Positions 24,311 through 34,534 of a DNA stretch of 57,588 nt are shown piece by piece. A program made the position numbers and the translations under genes. The notes under the pieces were generated by a model. It ran no database searches. It saw only the letters and a program-made list of their open reading frames with translations, and had not been told where the DNA came from. The DNA lies in contig CBFIGT010000003.1 of assembly GCA_965662175.1 (NCBI GenBank), positions 1-57,588 of the forward strand. The letters are read 5' to 3'. The DNA is from Arcobacter sp. GTDB taxonomy: Bacteria; Campylobacterota; Campylobacteria; Campylobacterales; Arcobacteraceae. Position 1 is the first letter of the stretch. Each line of letters opens with the position of its first letter.

Positions 24311-24339
24311 AATAAAGAGTTAGAAACTAACTCTTTATT
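24311..24339 (-). terminator. Hairpin/terminator downstream of acpP
   Basis: Perfect 13-bp inverted repeat AATAAAGAGTTAG-AAA-CTAACTCTTTATT. Confidence 0.7.
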
Positions 24340-24366
24340 CGAGTCAAGAATAATGATTAATCTTGA

Positions 24367-24597
24367 TTATTTATTATCTTCGATGTACTTAATAGCATCA
24401 GCAACAGTTAAGATTTTTTCAGCATCTTCATCAGGGATTTCAATGTCAAATTTCTCTTCTAAAGCCATTACTAGCTCAACAACATCTAATGAATCTGCAC
24501 CTAAATCTTCAATGAATTTTGAATCTTCTTTAACTTCAGCTGGATCACAATCTAATTGCTCAACTACTACTTCTTTTACATCATCTAATAATGCCAT
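24367..24597 (-). CDS. acpP: Acyl carrier protein
   Basis: [12 protein letters not shown] motif. Confidence 0.98.
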   Translation of the reverse strand: MALLDDVKEVVVEQLDCDPAEVKEDSKFIEDLGADSLDVVELVMALEEKFDIEIPDEDAEKILTVADAIKYIEDNK

Positions 24598-24677
24598 TTT
24601 CTTTCCTTATATAAAATTGTCATTGAATTATACCTAAAAGCTTTTAAATATTCTTTTAAATATAAAAATATCTAAGC

Positions 24678-25421
24678 TTATACGTATAAACCACCATTAA
24701 CTTTTAATATCTCTCCTGTAATATATGAAGAGTGATTACTTAATAAAAATGCCACAGCATCAGCTATCTCTTTAGGTTTTCCAAATCTAGATAGTGGAAT
24801 ATTTTTTTCATATTCAGCTTTTACTTCAGCTTTTAATTCATCAGTCATATCAGTTTGAATAAATCCAGGAGTAACGGCGTTATATCTAATTCCACGTGCT
24901 GCTGCCTCTTTTGCAAATGATTTAGTCATTGCATTTAATCCACCTTTTGAAGCTGAATAGTTAGTTTGACCTGGATTTCCCATTTCACCAACTATTGATG
25001 AAATATTTACAATAGAACCAAATCTTTTTTTACCCATTACTTTTAATGCTGCCTTACAACCAATAAATGCTGAAGTTAAATTTGCATTTATAACATCATT
25101 AAAATCATCAACACTCATTCTAAGAGCTAATTTATCTTTTGTAATACCAGCATTGTTTACTAAATATGATAATTCACCATCAGCATCAATAATTGCTTTT
25201 ATTGCATCATTAAATTCATTCTCTTTTGTTACATCAGCTTTTACAACTGCAGCTTTCCCACCATTTGCAATAATCTCATTTTGAATAGCAATAGCTGCAT
25301 CAGCTCCACTTCTATAATTAATCCAAACTTTAAGACCATAAGATGCTAAAGTTTTTGCAATCTCTGCTCCAATTCCACGACTAGCACCTGTAACTAATAC
25401 ATTTGAACCTGTAAATTCCAT
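24678..25421 (-). CDS. fabG: 3-oxoacyl-ACP reductase
   Basis: TGASRGIG, NNAGITKD and YSASK motifs; fab operon context. Confidence 0.96.
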   Translation of the reverse strand: MEFTGSNVLVTGASRGIGAEIAKTLASYGLKVWINYRSGADAAIAIQNEIIANGGKAAVVKADVTKENEFNDAIKAIIDADGELSYLVNNAGITKDKLALRMSVDDFNDVINANLTSAFIGCKAALKVMGKKRFGSIVNISSIVGEMGNPGQTNYSASKGGLNAMTKSFAKEAAARGIRYNAVTPGFIQTDMTDELKAEVKAEYEKNIPLSRFGKPKEIADAVAFLLSNHSSYITGEILKVNGGLYV

Positions 25422-25499
25422 ATTTTTCCTTATTTAATTTTCTATAAATAGACTCAATCTTAAAATAGTATCAAAACTTTAATTTAATTTTTATTTATA

Positions 25500-26249
25500 C
25501 TAAACACCACGTTTGTTATCCCACACTCTAATATGTAATCTATCACAATATTTATAGCCTGATTCTATTGCCATTTGAATTACATCTGCACTATGTCTGT
25601 TTATTTCATCAGCACTATCACCCATAGGCATAAGGTATATTTCACATGAGGGAATAATAGATGAAATAGATTCAATTTCATCTTTAGCTTTATTTATAAA
25701 CTCTTTGTCTATTACAAATTTTAAGTAAGAGTTATTAGTATTTTTTATAATCTCTTTTAGTGTATGTTCATTTACTCTTTTTTTTAGTGGCTCTAAAGAG
25801 TTAGATAATTTTACACTCATAGAAAAGATTAACTCTTTTTGATAATCTTCTGTAAAATTGATATTTAATGAAGCATTTGTTTCAATAGTTACTTTATAAT
25901 TATTCTTTATATAATATTTTAAAATTTCTTGAAATTCATCTTTATTCCAATAAAGAAGTGGCTCACCACCTGTTATTACAATATCTGTTTTATAAAAAGG
26001 TTCTAGTTTTTTTACCTCATTTATAATCTCATTTGAATTCATCTTATGCCAAGTATCTTTAAACTCAGGGTCAACAGCATAAAAAGAGTCACAAGAACAT
26101 TTTTTTATACCGCTTGGTGTTTCATACTCAACAGCAAAACCTTCACATCGAAAGTTACATTTACCAAATCTTATAAAAATAGATGGATTTCCTACAAATT
26201 TACCTTCACCTTGAATTGTAGGACCAAATATCTCATTAACTTCAAGCAT
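25500..26249 (-). CDS. queE: 7-carboxy-7-deazaguanine synthase (radical SAM)
   Basis: TIQGEG, ITGGEP, IETN and RLH motifs; in queCD cluster. Confidence 0.92.
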   Translation of the reverse strand: MLEVNEIFGPTIQGEGKFVGNPSIFIRFGKCNFRCEGFAVEYETPSGIKKCSCDSFYAVDPEFKDTWHKMNSNEIINEVKKLEPFYKTDIVITGGEPLLYWNKDEFQEILKYYIKNNYKVTIETNASLNINFTEDYQKELIFSMSVKLSNSLEPLKKRVNEHTLKEIIKNTNNSYLKFVIDKEFINKAKDEIESISSIIPSCEIYLMPMGDSADEINRHSADVIQMAIESGYKYCDRLHIRVWDNKRGV

Positions 26250-26778
26250 AAACTGTACTTTTACTTTTAGGTGTCTCTAAAAACTCCACATGGGAAACTT
26301 TTATATCTATTTGAGACATTTTTTCTTGAATAATATTTAAAAGCCATGCTGATAAGTTTTCACTTGTTGGTACAAAATCAACAATTATAAAACCCTCATA
26401 CATCTCATGAATATGAATTGGCTCATCTTTTATAATATTTAAATCAAAAGTTTTAAATCCCTCTTTATGCTCTATTAAATTATTTTTGTTTTTATAGTGT
26501 GGTAATAGTGTTTCATAAAGTGGATCATTTATATCTATGATAAATTTATGGTCAAGTGTTGCATCTAAAAATTGTTTAAACCAATTTAGATGTTTAAAAT
26601 CAGTTACCATTCCATTTTTTAAGTTTGAACTTTCAAGATGAATTATTATTTTACCTTGATGTCCATGCAAATGTCTACATACCAAACAAGAATCAAGTGC
26701 AAAATCAGGGTTTAACTCTTGAGACCAAACCCTATGGCCATAACAAAAATCAAACTCTTTTGAAATATTCCACTTCAC
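26242..26778 (-). CDS. queD: 6-carboxytetrahydropterin synthase
   Basis: CRHLHGH, DF, LDH and PTSENL motifs; GTG start. Confidence 0.92.
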   Translation of the reverse strand: MKWNISKEFDFCYGHRVWSQELNPDFALDSCLVCRHLHGHQGKIIIHLESSNLKNGMVTDFKHLNWFKQFLDATLDHKFIIDINDPLYETLLPHYKNKNNLIEHKEGFKTFDLNIIKDEPIHIHEMYEGFIIVDFVPTSENLSAWLLNIIQEKMSQIDIKVSHVEFLETPKSKSTVYA

Positions 26779-27449
26779 ACAATTTCCTTATATGAAATTG
26801 GATCTTTAAGACCTGCTTTTTCAAAACCATTTAATCTTAATCTACAAGAATCACAAACTCCACAAGCTTCATTTTCATTTTTATAACAAGACCAAGTAAG
26901 CTCAAGAGGTACATTTAACTCTATTGCTTTTTTAACGATTTCATTCTTATGTAGTTTTACTAAAGGTGTTTTTATAGTAATATGAGTTGACTCTTTTGTT
27001 CCCTCATTTATTGCATTTTTTATTTGATTAATAAAAGAGTTTGTACAATCAGGATAACCACTACTATCCTCTTCCACAACTCCAATATATATAGCTTCAG
27101 CTCGCTCTTTTTCAGCAACAGCAGCAGCAATTGAAAGAAAAATTCCATTTCTAAATGGTACATAAGTTACAGGAACACCTGGTTTTACACCATCAACTGG
27201 AACATCAATACTGCTATCAGTTAAAGCACTAGCTCCAATTTGTGTGAAAAATGGAATATCAATTTCATATTTATTTTTTATTTCTAAGCTTTCACAAACA
27301 CTTCTAAAAGCTTCTAGCTCTTTTTTTTCTGTTCTTTGTCCATAATTAAAATGAACAGCGATAATATCGTATCCTTCATTTTTAGCAATATAGCTAGCAC
27401 AAGTGGAGTCCATCCCTCCACTTAATATACATACAGCTTTTTTATTCAT
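26775..27449 (-). CDS. queC: 7-cyano-7-deazaguanine synthase
   Basis: SGGMDS, YVPFRN, GYPDC and CGVCDSC motifs. Confidence 0.96.
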   Translation of the reverse strand: MNKKAVCILSGGMDSTCASYIAKNEGYDIIAVHFNYGQRTEKKELEAFRSVCESLEIKNKYEIDIPFFTQIGASALTDSSIDVPVDGVKPGVPVTYVPFRNGIFLSIAAAVAEKERAEAIYIGVVEEDSSGYPDCTNSFINQIKNAINEGTKESTHITIKTPLVKLHKNEIVKKAIELNVPLELTWSCYKNENEACGVCDSCRLRLNGFEKAGLKDPISYKEIV

Positions 27450-28662
27450 ATGTTATATAATCCTTTTTTTCATTGCAAAAGAATTTCCAATTTATTGGAA
27501 TTATTTTTACTTTTGCACTCTCTTCTAATTTTGATATATCCTCATTTAATACAATAAATGAGTTACACTCACTAAGTATTGAAACCATTCCAGGACTTTT
27601 TTTGTCTGAGGGTTTGAATTTTTCCCCATCAAAAAAACCAGGAACTAGAGTCAATCTTCCCTTTTTATTTAATAAATTATTAGCTAATTTTGTACTAATA
27701 TAGTTGTGATAATAGCTTTTAGAACCTATTAGTTTTTGTATTAATATTTTTCCAACAAGTTCAAAAACCATAGCTGAGGCTAATGGATTTCCAGGAAGAT
27801 TTAAAATAAAAGTATCTTTGATTTTCCCAAAAATAGTTGGTTTACCAGGTTTTACTATAATTCCATCAAAAAGTGTTTTTAGTCCAACTTTTTCAAAAGA
27901 TTCCCTTGTAAAATCAGCTTCTCCAACAGAAACTCCACCTGATGTAATAATCAAATCAGCATCAAGAGAGTTTTTAATATGCTCAACTATTGACTCAACT
28001 GAATCATTTGCTTGTCCAATAAAACTAACATCACAACCTAACTCTTGAGCTCTTGATATAAAAGTTGGTGTGTTTGAGTTATATATTTGATACTCTTTAA
28101 TATCTTGATAGTGAAGTCTTAACTCTTCACCCGAAGCAAAAACAACAATTTTTGGTTTTTTATAAACTTTTATATGAGAAACTCCTTGAGATGAGAGTAG
28201 GGTGATTTTAGAAAAATTAATTTCATCACCTATATCAACTAGTTGTTCACCTTTTTGTATATCTTCACCCACAAATCTAATATGTTGCATTTTTTTTACA
28301 TCATAATCAATTTTTATTTTATTTCCATAGATTTTACAATCTTCTTGGGCAACAACAGCTTCACAGTTTTTAGGAACTCTTGCACCTGTCATAACTTTTA
28401 TTGTAGTTTGGGGTTCTAAAATATCTAAATTATTATCCCCTGCAAATATTTTATTTGTAACTTCTAACTCTTTATCTTTATCTTCAAAAAGTATTGCATA
28501 CCCATCCATTGCTGAGTTATTAAACTTTGGTAAAGAGCTTGTTGCATATATTTTTTGCGCACTTATTCTTGAAGTTGCATTCTCAATTGGTATGATTTCA
28601 AAATTTGTTTTATATTTTTCATTGATTATTATCTCTAAGGCTTCGTTTACACTAACACTCAT
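27442..28662 (-). CDS. moeA: Molybdopterin molybdotransferase
   Basis: [20 protein letters not shown] and LPGNP motifs. Confidence 0.95.
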   Translation of the reverse strand: MSVSVNEALEIIINEKYKTNFEIIPIENATSRISAQKIYATSSLPKFNNSAMDGYAILFEDKDKELEVTNKIFAGDNNLDILEPQTTIKVMTGARVPKNCEAVVAQEDCKIYGNKIKIDYDVKKMQHIRFVGEDIQKGEQLVDIGDEINFSKITLLSSQGVSHIKVYKKPKIVVFASGEELRLHYQDIKEYQIYNSNTPTFISRAQELGCDVSFIGQANDSVESIVEHIKNSLDADLIITSGGVSVGEADFTRESFEKVGLKTLFDGIIVKPGKPTIFGKIKDTFILNLPGNPLASAMVFELVGKILIQKLIGSKSYYHNYISTKLANNLLNKKGRLTLVPGFFDGEKFKPSDKKSPGMVSILSECNSFIVLNEDISKLEESAKVKIIPINWKFFCNEKKDYITYE

Positions 28663-28696
28663 AAAAAATCCTTTTACTTTTGCCTATGCTTAAGTC

Positions 28697-28705
28697 TGAT
28701 ATAAT
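28697..28705 (+). promoter_or_regulatory. Extended -10 promoter (TGaTATAAT)
   Basis: TTAAGTCTGATATAAT upstream of ATG 28734. Confidence 0.55.
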
Positions 28706-28733
28706 ACCAAAATTTTTTAAAAGTGAGATAAAC

Positions 28734-29138
28734 ATGGATTTGATGAGCGACTCAATAAGTACGCACGTATTTTTTATTTATATATTTTTAGCAATTATGC
28801 TTGTTAATTTATATAGTGTATATAATGTTAATAGTTTTATAAAGCTTGCTAAAAGGTTAAAGTTTTTAACCCCTTTATATCATACTTTAAATGCAATTAT
28901 TATTTATACAGGAACAATTGTTGCTTTTTATTCTAAAACATTTAGTTTTACTATTTTGATTATGATAGCTGCATCTATTGCTGTTATGGTTTTAGAGATA
29001 AAAAGATTTAAAAAAATGAGAGTTATTAAAGTTGATGATACCAATTTACAAGAAGAGTTTGTAAAATTTTCAAAAAAAATATATACAATAGAAATTGGAA
29101 TTTTAGTATTTACATATATTATCTCTAAGATTTTTTAA
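28734..29138 (+). CDS. Hypothetical four-helix membrane protein
   Basis: Four hydrophobic segments; start moved from 28680 to ATG 28734 because the promoter lies inside the longer ORF. Confidence 0.75.
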   Translation: MDLMSDSISTHVFFIYIFLAIMLVNLYSVYNVNSFIKLAKRLKFLTPLYHTLNAIIIYTGTIVAFYSKTFSFTILIMIAASIAVMVLEIKRFKKMRVIKVDDTNLQEEFVKFSKKIYTIEIGILVFTYIISKIF

Positions 29139-29806
29139 TGCAGTTTATTTATTGTAGTGATGCTGGTAATAGCTCTTTAACTATTAGTGATGATATTTAT
29201 AAATATCTTTTTAAAGCAAGACGTGAAAAAGTAGGAGCTAAAGTTACTTTTAGAAATTTAATAGATTCTAATATCTATTATTATGAAGTTAGCTCTATTT
29301 CAAAACGAGATGCTTTATTAAATCTTATTTCTCATGAAGAGTTAATAGTAGAGTCAAATAAAAAACTACATATTATTTGGTGTGTAGTTGATAGTAAAAC
29401 AATTGAAAAACAACTTCCCTATTTAAACGAAATTGGTGTTGATAAAATCTCTTTTGTATATTGTGATTATTCACAAAAAAGCTTTAAGTTAAATTTTGAG
29501 AAGTATGAAAAAATACTTTTTAATTCCTCTCAACAATGTGGAAGAAGCTCTATTATAAAACTTGATATTATTGATTCTTTAGATAAGGTTTTAGAAAGCC
29601 ACAAAGATTGTTATATGTTTAATTTTTCACAAAATCATATTGATACAAATAAAGATATAAAAACAATAATAATAGGTTGTGAGGGTGGTTTTTCCAAAAA
29701 AGAGATAGCTAAATTTGATAGTGAAAAAATTGTAGGAATAGATTCTAATTTAATTTTAAGAAGTGAAACAGCAATTACAGTAGTAGCATCAAAGCTGCTA
29801 CTGTAA
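29138..29806 (+). CDS. rsmE: 16S rRNA m3U1498 methyltransferase
   Basis: SQQCGR, IGCEGGFS and ILRSETA motifs. Confidence 0.93.
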   Translation: MQFIYCSDAGNSSLTISDDIYKYLFKARREKVGAKVTFRNLIDSNIYYYEVSSISKRDALLNLISHEELIVESNKKLHIIWCVVDSKTIEKQLPYLNEIGVDKISFVYCDYSQKSFKLNFEKYEKILFNSSQQCGRSSIIKLDIIDSLDKVLESHKDCYMFNFSQNHIDTNKDIKTIIIGCEGGFSKKEIAKFDSEKIVGIDSNLILRSETAITVVASKLLL

Positions 29807-29817
29807 GCTATAAGATA

Positions 29818-30204
29818 TTACCACTCTCTAATAATTGAGTGACATCTTGAACATGCATTTAGCATATCAGAGTATGCATTTGCAGCATTTACATATGCTT
29901 TATCATCTAAATTTAATTCTAAAACATTTAAATCTAAAGTGATACTTTTTGATGCATTTTCAGCAACATTTATCATATGTTTTTTATCTTTTGGTAAGTA
30001 CTCTTTTATTACATCAGTGTTGGAAAAAAGTGCATTTCCCTCTTCCACTAATTTAGCTCCATCTTTGATTAAATTAATATTACTATTAATAAAACCTTTT
30101 TGAATTTGTGACATACCTTGGTCCATCATAGACATAGATTTTTGCATTACATTTTGTGCATTTGCAACACTTAATGATAAAGTTGCAATTAGTGCTAATT
30201 TGAT
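29818..30204 (-). CDS. Periplasmic cytochrome c'-like (class II) monoheme protein
   Basis: C-terminal CSRCH; in-frame signal peptide KLALIATLSLSVANA after an ATC codon with AAGGA RBS. Confidence 0.75.
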   Translation of the reverse strand: MKLALIATLSLSVANAQNVMQKSMSMMDQGMSQIQKGFINSNINLIKDGAKLVEEGNALFSNTDVIKEYLPKDKKHMINVAENASKSITLDLNVLELNLDDKAYVNAANAYSDMLNACSRCHSIIREW

Positions 30205-30235
30205 TTTTTATCCTTTTACAAATAAAGAAAGATGC

Positions 30236-31108
30236 TTAGTGCATCTCTCTCCATTGTTTAACTTTCCATAACCAAGCAAAAATAGCAAATACTACTAAGT
30301 AAATTAGGAACTTAGGTCCTAACTCTTCTCTTTCTGCTTTTTTAGAGTCACCAACTTCTTCCATATAAGTAATTACTTGTTTTTCAGCAGCTTCTGTTAA
30401 ACCAACTCTTGGCATTGCTGTACCCTCAAGATGTTTTTGAGGATTGTTGATAAATGTGTGTAAGTAAGACTCACCTCTTGATCTAATATACTGAGATAAA
30501 TCAGGTGGGATTTTTCCCATATATGATTTAATATCAGCATTTGATGTTAATGCAGTCATAGAACCACCCATCATATCACCATATTTAATTGAGTGACATC
30601 TTTGACAAGCATTAGAAAATGCTTCTTTGTTTGTCATCTCTTTTGGTGCGATAGATTGTAAATATGCAACCATATCTGCAATCTCTTGTGGTTGCATCCA
30701 GTCATATCCAGGCATTGGATGAACTGCACCATCCTGGAATTTATGTTCAACTTTTGCAGCTTTTGCAGGATTTTTAATAAATGCAGCTAAATAATTAGCA
30801 TCATATAAATATCCAGCACTACTTAAATCAGGTGGAACTACACCATAAGCAGCTGCTGAAGATGCGTTGTCCATAACAGCAGGGAAACCTGCTGTTTCAA
30901 TACCATGACATGCTGTACAGTTTGATTGAACTAAAGTAGCACCATTTGTAGCGTCACCTTTAACTCCTTTTAATCCATCTACATCTTTAAACTCATAATC
31001 AGGAGCTTCAACGTGTGGGTGCATTTGCGAGTGAGCAAATGGTTCAACTCCCCAGTAAGTAATTAGTGTTAAAGCAACTACTACTGCTAATATTTTTAAC
31101 TCTCTCAT
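30236..31108 (-). CDS. petC: Cytochrome c1 (diheme) of the Rieske/cytochrome b complex
   Basis: CTACH, CQRCH, two PPDLS motifs and C-terminal TM helix. Confidence 0.93.
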   Translation of the reverse strand: MRELKILAVVVALTLITYWGVEPFAHSQMHPHVEAPDYEFKDVDGLKGVKGDATNGATLVQSNCTACHGIETAGFPAVMDNASSAAAYGVVPPDLSSAGYLYDANYLAAFIKNPAKAAKVEHKFQDGAVHPMPGYDWMQPQEIADMVAYLQSIAPKEMTNKEAFSNACQRCHSIKYGDMMGGSMTALTSNADIKSYMGKIPPDLSQYIRSRGESYLHTFINNPQKHLEGTAMPRVGLTEAAEKQVITYMEEVGDSKKAEREELGPKFLIYLVVFAIFAWLWKVKQWREMH

Positions 31109-32355
31109 ACGTCACCCCTTTTCTTAGCATCAGATTTTGTAATAAATGGTAATGCTAGGAATATAAGAATAAATGCCATAGCAGCCACAAATCCAATGTA
31201 TGCATTTGTTCCTGTTGGAGGTAATTTTCCCCATACTGTTAATACAATTAAATCAATCATTAAAATCCAGAACCAAATAAAGAATTTAGGTCTTTTATGT
31301 GCTGGTAATATTTTTGGATCTCTATCTAAAAATGGTAATAATAAGAAAATAACATTAGCAAAACCAAATGCGATTAAACCAATATCAAATGCTTTAAAAG
31401 GACCAACATCAAAGAAGAAACCTCTTAATACTTCATATGACCATAAGAAATACCACTCAGGGTAAATATGAGCAGGTGTTACCATATTATCAGCAGGATC
31501 AAAGTTAACTGGATCCATAGCAAAGTTATAATGGAAGAATACTAAGTAGAAATAGAAAATTAAGAAAATTCCAAGTACTGCTAAATCTTTAGAGATAAAT
31601 ACAGGCCAGAAAGGAATAACTTTTGACTCTTTTTTATTTCCAGATAGATATTTTTCAGCTTCAGCATCAAAATCTAACTCTTCTGAAGTTTGATTATTAA
31701 CATGAGGAATTCTTAATGTATAAAAGTGTAATCCAATAATTCCCATAATAGTAACAGGTAATAAGAAAACATGTAACATAAAGAATCTAGTTAATGTAGC
31801 ATCAGCCACATTAAAGTCACCTCTAATCCAAACTACTAGTGCATCTCCAATAACAGGAACTCCACCAAATAAATTTGTAATAACCATTGCAGCCCAGTAA
31901 GACATTTGTCCCCAAGGTAACATATATCCTGAGAATCCAGCAGCTGAGAATGTCATAAATAATAACATACCAGAAATCCAAATCATCTCTCTACCTTGTT
32001 TATAAGAACCATAATAAATTCCTGTAAACATGTGAATATAGATAATTAAGAATACAACAGACGCTGCAACACCATGCATATGTCTAAAGAACCAACCAAA
32101 TGCAACTTCTTGCATAATTGTATAGTTTACAGAATCAAATGCTAAATTTACATCTGGCTTGTAGTACATCATCAAGAAAATTCCCGAGATAATTAAAATA
32201 CCAAAAGTAGTAGCTAAAAGTACACCCATAGCCCATAAGAAGTTAATATCTTTTGGAATCCAATATTCAGTCATCATAACTTTATTAAAAGTAGTGGTAT
32301 TTAATCTTTGATCTAACCATTCACCAACTGAGTTTGCTTTTTCAAGTTTTGCCAT
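31105..32355 (-). CDS. petB: Cytochrome b
   Basis: GYMLPWGQMSYW and PEWY motifs. Confidence 0.97.
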   Translation of the reverse strand: MAKLEKANSVGEWLDQRLNTTTFNKVMMTEYWIPKDINFLWAMGVLLATTFGILIISGIFLMMYYKPDVNLAFDSVNYTIMQEVAFGWFFRHMHGVAASVVFLIIYIHMFTGIYYGSYKQGREMIWISGMLLFMTFSAAGFSGYMLPWGQMSYWAAMVITNLFGGVPVIGDALVVWIRGDFNVADATLTRFFMLHVFLLPVTIMGIIGLHFYTLRIPHVNNQTSEELDFDAEAEKYLSGNKKESKVIPFWPVFISKDLAVLGIFLIFYFYLVFFHYNFAMDPVNFDPADNMVTPAHIYPEWYFLWSYEVLRGFFFDVGPFKAFDIGLIAFGFANVIFLLLPFLDRDPKILPAHKRPKFFIWFWILMIDLIVLTVWGKLPPTGTNAYIGFVAAMAFILIFLALPFITKSDAKKRGDV

Positions 32356-32365
32356 TGATTACTCC

Positions 32366-32869
32366 TTATGCTTGAGTTGCTAAGAAATCAGCAATTTTTT
32401 TAGATTCAGGACCTTCGTTACCTAAAACGATAGTCGTTCCCTTAACTTCAAATGGAGGTAAATCAAGAGGTCTTGGAGGAGGACCAAAAGTTTGCTTAGC
32501 ACTTGGGTTAAACTCCCCACCGTGACATGCACATTTCCATTTATCTTTTTTCCACGCTGGAATACATCCTAAGTGTGTACATAATCCAATTGCTACTGTA
32601 TATCTATCAGCACCTACAACTAAATCTCTTTCTGAAGAGTCCATATCAGCCGTTTTTTTAAGAACAAAAATTGGCTTACCTCTCCACGTAAATGTTTCTG
32701 GAGTTCCTGCTTTAATTGGAGCTAAATCAATTGTTGTAAATCCACCAGCTAAAACGCTTGGAAGTGGATCCCACGCTTGCTTCATTCCTACTAAAGAAGC
32801 AGCACCACCTACAGCTGCAACTGCTGCAAATGAGTAACCTAGAAAATCTCGTCTATTTGTATCAGACAT
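32366..32869 (-). CDS. petA: Rieske iron-sulfur subunit
   Basis: Tat motif RRDFL, CTHLGC and CACHG. Confidence 0.96.
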   Translation of the reverse strand: MSDTNRRDFLGYSFAAVAAVGGAASLVGMKQAWDPLPSVLAGGFTTIDLAPIKAGTPETFTWRGKPIFVLKKTADMDSSERDLVVGADRYTVAIGLCTHLGCIPAWKKDKWKCACHGGEFNPSAKQTFGPPPRPLDLPPFEVKGTTIVLGNEGPESKKIADFLATQA

Positions 32870-32902
32870 CTACTCTTCCTTTTTTTAAAATAAAATCTAC
32901 TT

Positions 32903-32944
32903 ATTATATTTAATATAATCTTAAAGAAATATGACCTTGGTCAA
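32903..32944 (-). promoter_or_regulatory. petABC promoter with FNR/CRP-like palindrome
   Basis: TATAAT (32908-32903), TTTAAG (32925-32920) and TTGAC-CAAG-GTCAT (32944-32931). Confidence 0.55.
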
Positions 32945-33002
32945 AACGCAGCAAAAAAGTAGCAAAACGTGTCTAAACTACACAGTATGGGATTTGTTGA
33001 AG

Positions 33003-33031
33003 AATTCTAGAGTAAAATTTACTCTAGAATT
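33003..33031 (-). terminator. Hairpin downstream of thrC
   Basis: Perfect 14-bp inverted repeat AATTCTAGAGTAAA-A-TTTACTCTAGAATT. Confidence 0.65.
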
Positions 33032-33047
33032 ATAAGTAGGAGTTATA

Positions 33048-34526
33048 TTAGTTTGATATAAATTTTATAATTTCTCTCTCTATATCTTGTTTATCTATAA
33101 CACTTTTGTGCAAAATATCCGAATTAAATAAAACAGAAATTGACTGAGGAATTTTAACATTACAGCTTTTTGAAATTTTTTCTAAAGCTGTTTTATCATT
33201 ATATTTATTGTTATCTTCATTTATTGCATTTAAAACTGTTGGAGAGAATTTTGTCCATTCAGCTGTTGAGTACATAACTGTTTTTAGATTTTTCTCTTTT
33301 AGTTCATCATAAGCTTTTAGACAAGTTGCCGTATGTGGGTCCATTATATAATTTTTATCTAGATATTTTTTGATAATTTTAAGTCCATATTCATCATCAG
33401 AATTTACAGCTCCAAAATATTTTTGAAGTTTTTTTGTCTCTTCTTCTGTCATTTTGAAGTATAAGTTTTCATTAAGTGAGGCCATAAACTCTTTTGTTCT
33501 TGAAGAACCATAAAGTGAATAGATAACTCTTTCAATATTTGAAGATTTTAAAATATCCATTGCAGGTGATTTTGTAAGTTTTAGACTTTTGCCTCTAATA
33601 TCATAAACTCCACTATTTATCCACTCTGTTAAGATATTATTTTGATTTGATGCAACAAGAAGTTTTTCTATTGGTACACCCATTTCTTGTGCATAAAAAC
33701 CACCTAAAACATTTCCAAAGTTACCACTTGGAACAATTAAATATATTTTTTCACCAAATGTTATTTCATTTTGTTTAAGAAGTTGAATATATGACCAAAA
33801 ATGATAAATGATTTGGAATATAATTCTTCCAAAATTTACAGAGTTTGCAGCACTAAGTTTTATACCATCTTTTTCTAACTCTTCTTTAAATGAAGCTGAT
33901 GCTAAAAGGTTTTTAAGTGCTGTTTGTGCATCATCAAAGTTACCTTTTATTCCAATTACTTTTAAGTTTTTTCCATTTTCACAAACCATTTGTAATCTTT
34001 GAACATCACTTGTACCACCATCAGGATAAAGGCAAGCTACTTGTATATTCTCTTTATTTTTAAATGTATTAAGTGCAGCAGGTCCTGTATCACCTGAAGT
34101 TGCTGCTAAGATTAGATATTTCTCATCTCTTTTTTTTGCAATTGAACTTAAAATTGAACCAAATGGTTGAAGTGCCATATCTTTAAAAGCACGTGTTGGA
34201 CCATGATATTGTTCATGTACAAATAAATCATCTTCTATTTTTACTACAGGACATGGATTTGATGCATCATCAAAATTATCATAAAGTGCTAAAGCTTTAT
34301 TGATTTCATTATCATCTATATCAATTTCAAAGGCTTTTAAAATATCATAAGCTAACTCTTTGTAAGAAGAGTTAATATGGTTTTGTAAAAAGTTATCATC
34401 TAATTTTGGTAAGTTTTTAGGAACATATAATCCACCAAAAGATGCACTTGGACTTAGTATTGCTTCACTAAAACTAATTTCACTAGCTTTTATTCCGTCA
34501 TTTCCTCTTGTTTCAATAAAATTCAT
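33048..34526 (-). CDS. thrC: Threonine synthase
   Basis: HGPTRAFKD, ATSGDTG and VPSGNFGN motifs. Confidence 0.96.
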   Translation of the reverse strand: MNFIETRGNDGIKASEISFSEAILSPSASFGGLYVPKNLPKLDDNFLQNHINSSYKELAYDILKAFEIDIDDNEINKALALYDNFDDASNPCPVVKIEDDLFVHEQYHGPTRAFKDMALQPFGSILSSIAKKRDEKYLILAATSGDTGPAALNTFKNKENIQVACLYPDGGTSDVQRLQMVCENGKNLKVIGIKGNFDDAQTALKNLLASASFKEELEKDGIKLSAANSVNFGRIIFQIIYHFWSYIQLLKQNEITFGEKIYLIVPSGNFGNVLGGFYAQEMGVPIEKLLVASNQNNILTEWINSGVYDIRGKSLKLTKSPAMDILKSSNIERVIYSLYGSSRTKEFMASLNENLYFKMTEEETKKLQKYFGAVNSDDEYGLKIIKKYLDKNYIMDPHTATCLKAYDELKEKNLKTVMYSTAEWTKFSPTVLNAINEDNNKYNDKTALEKISKSCNVKIPQSISVLFNSDILHKSVIDKQDIEREIIKFISN

Positions 34527-34534
34527 CTTAGTCC

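Noticed and set aside
25500..27449. queCDE as a 7-deazaguanine DNA modification (Dpd) defence island
   Set aside because: No dpdA/tgtA5, dpdB-K or mobility genes; embedded among housekeeping genes, so ordinary queuosine precursor synthesis.
28680..28733. N-terminal extension of the membrane protein ORF
   Set aside because: Contains the extended -10 promoter; ATG 28734 is the more plausible start.
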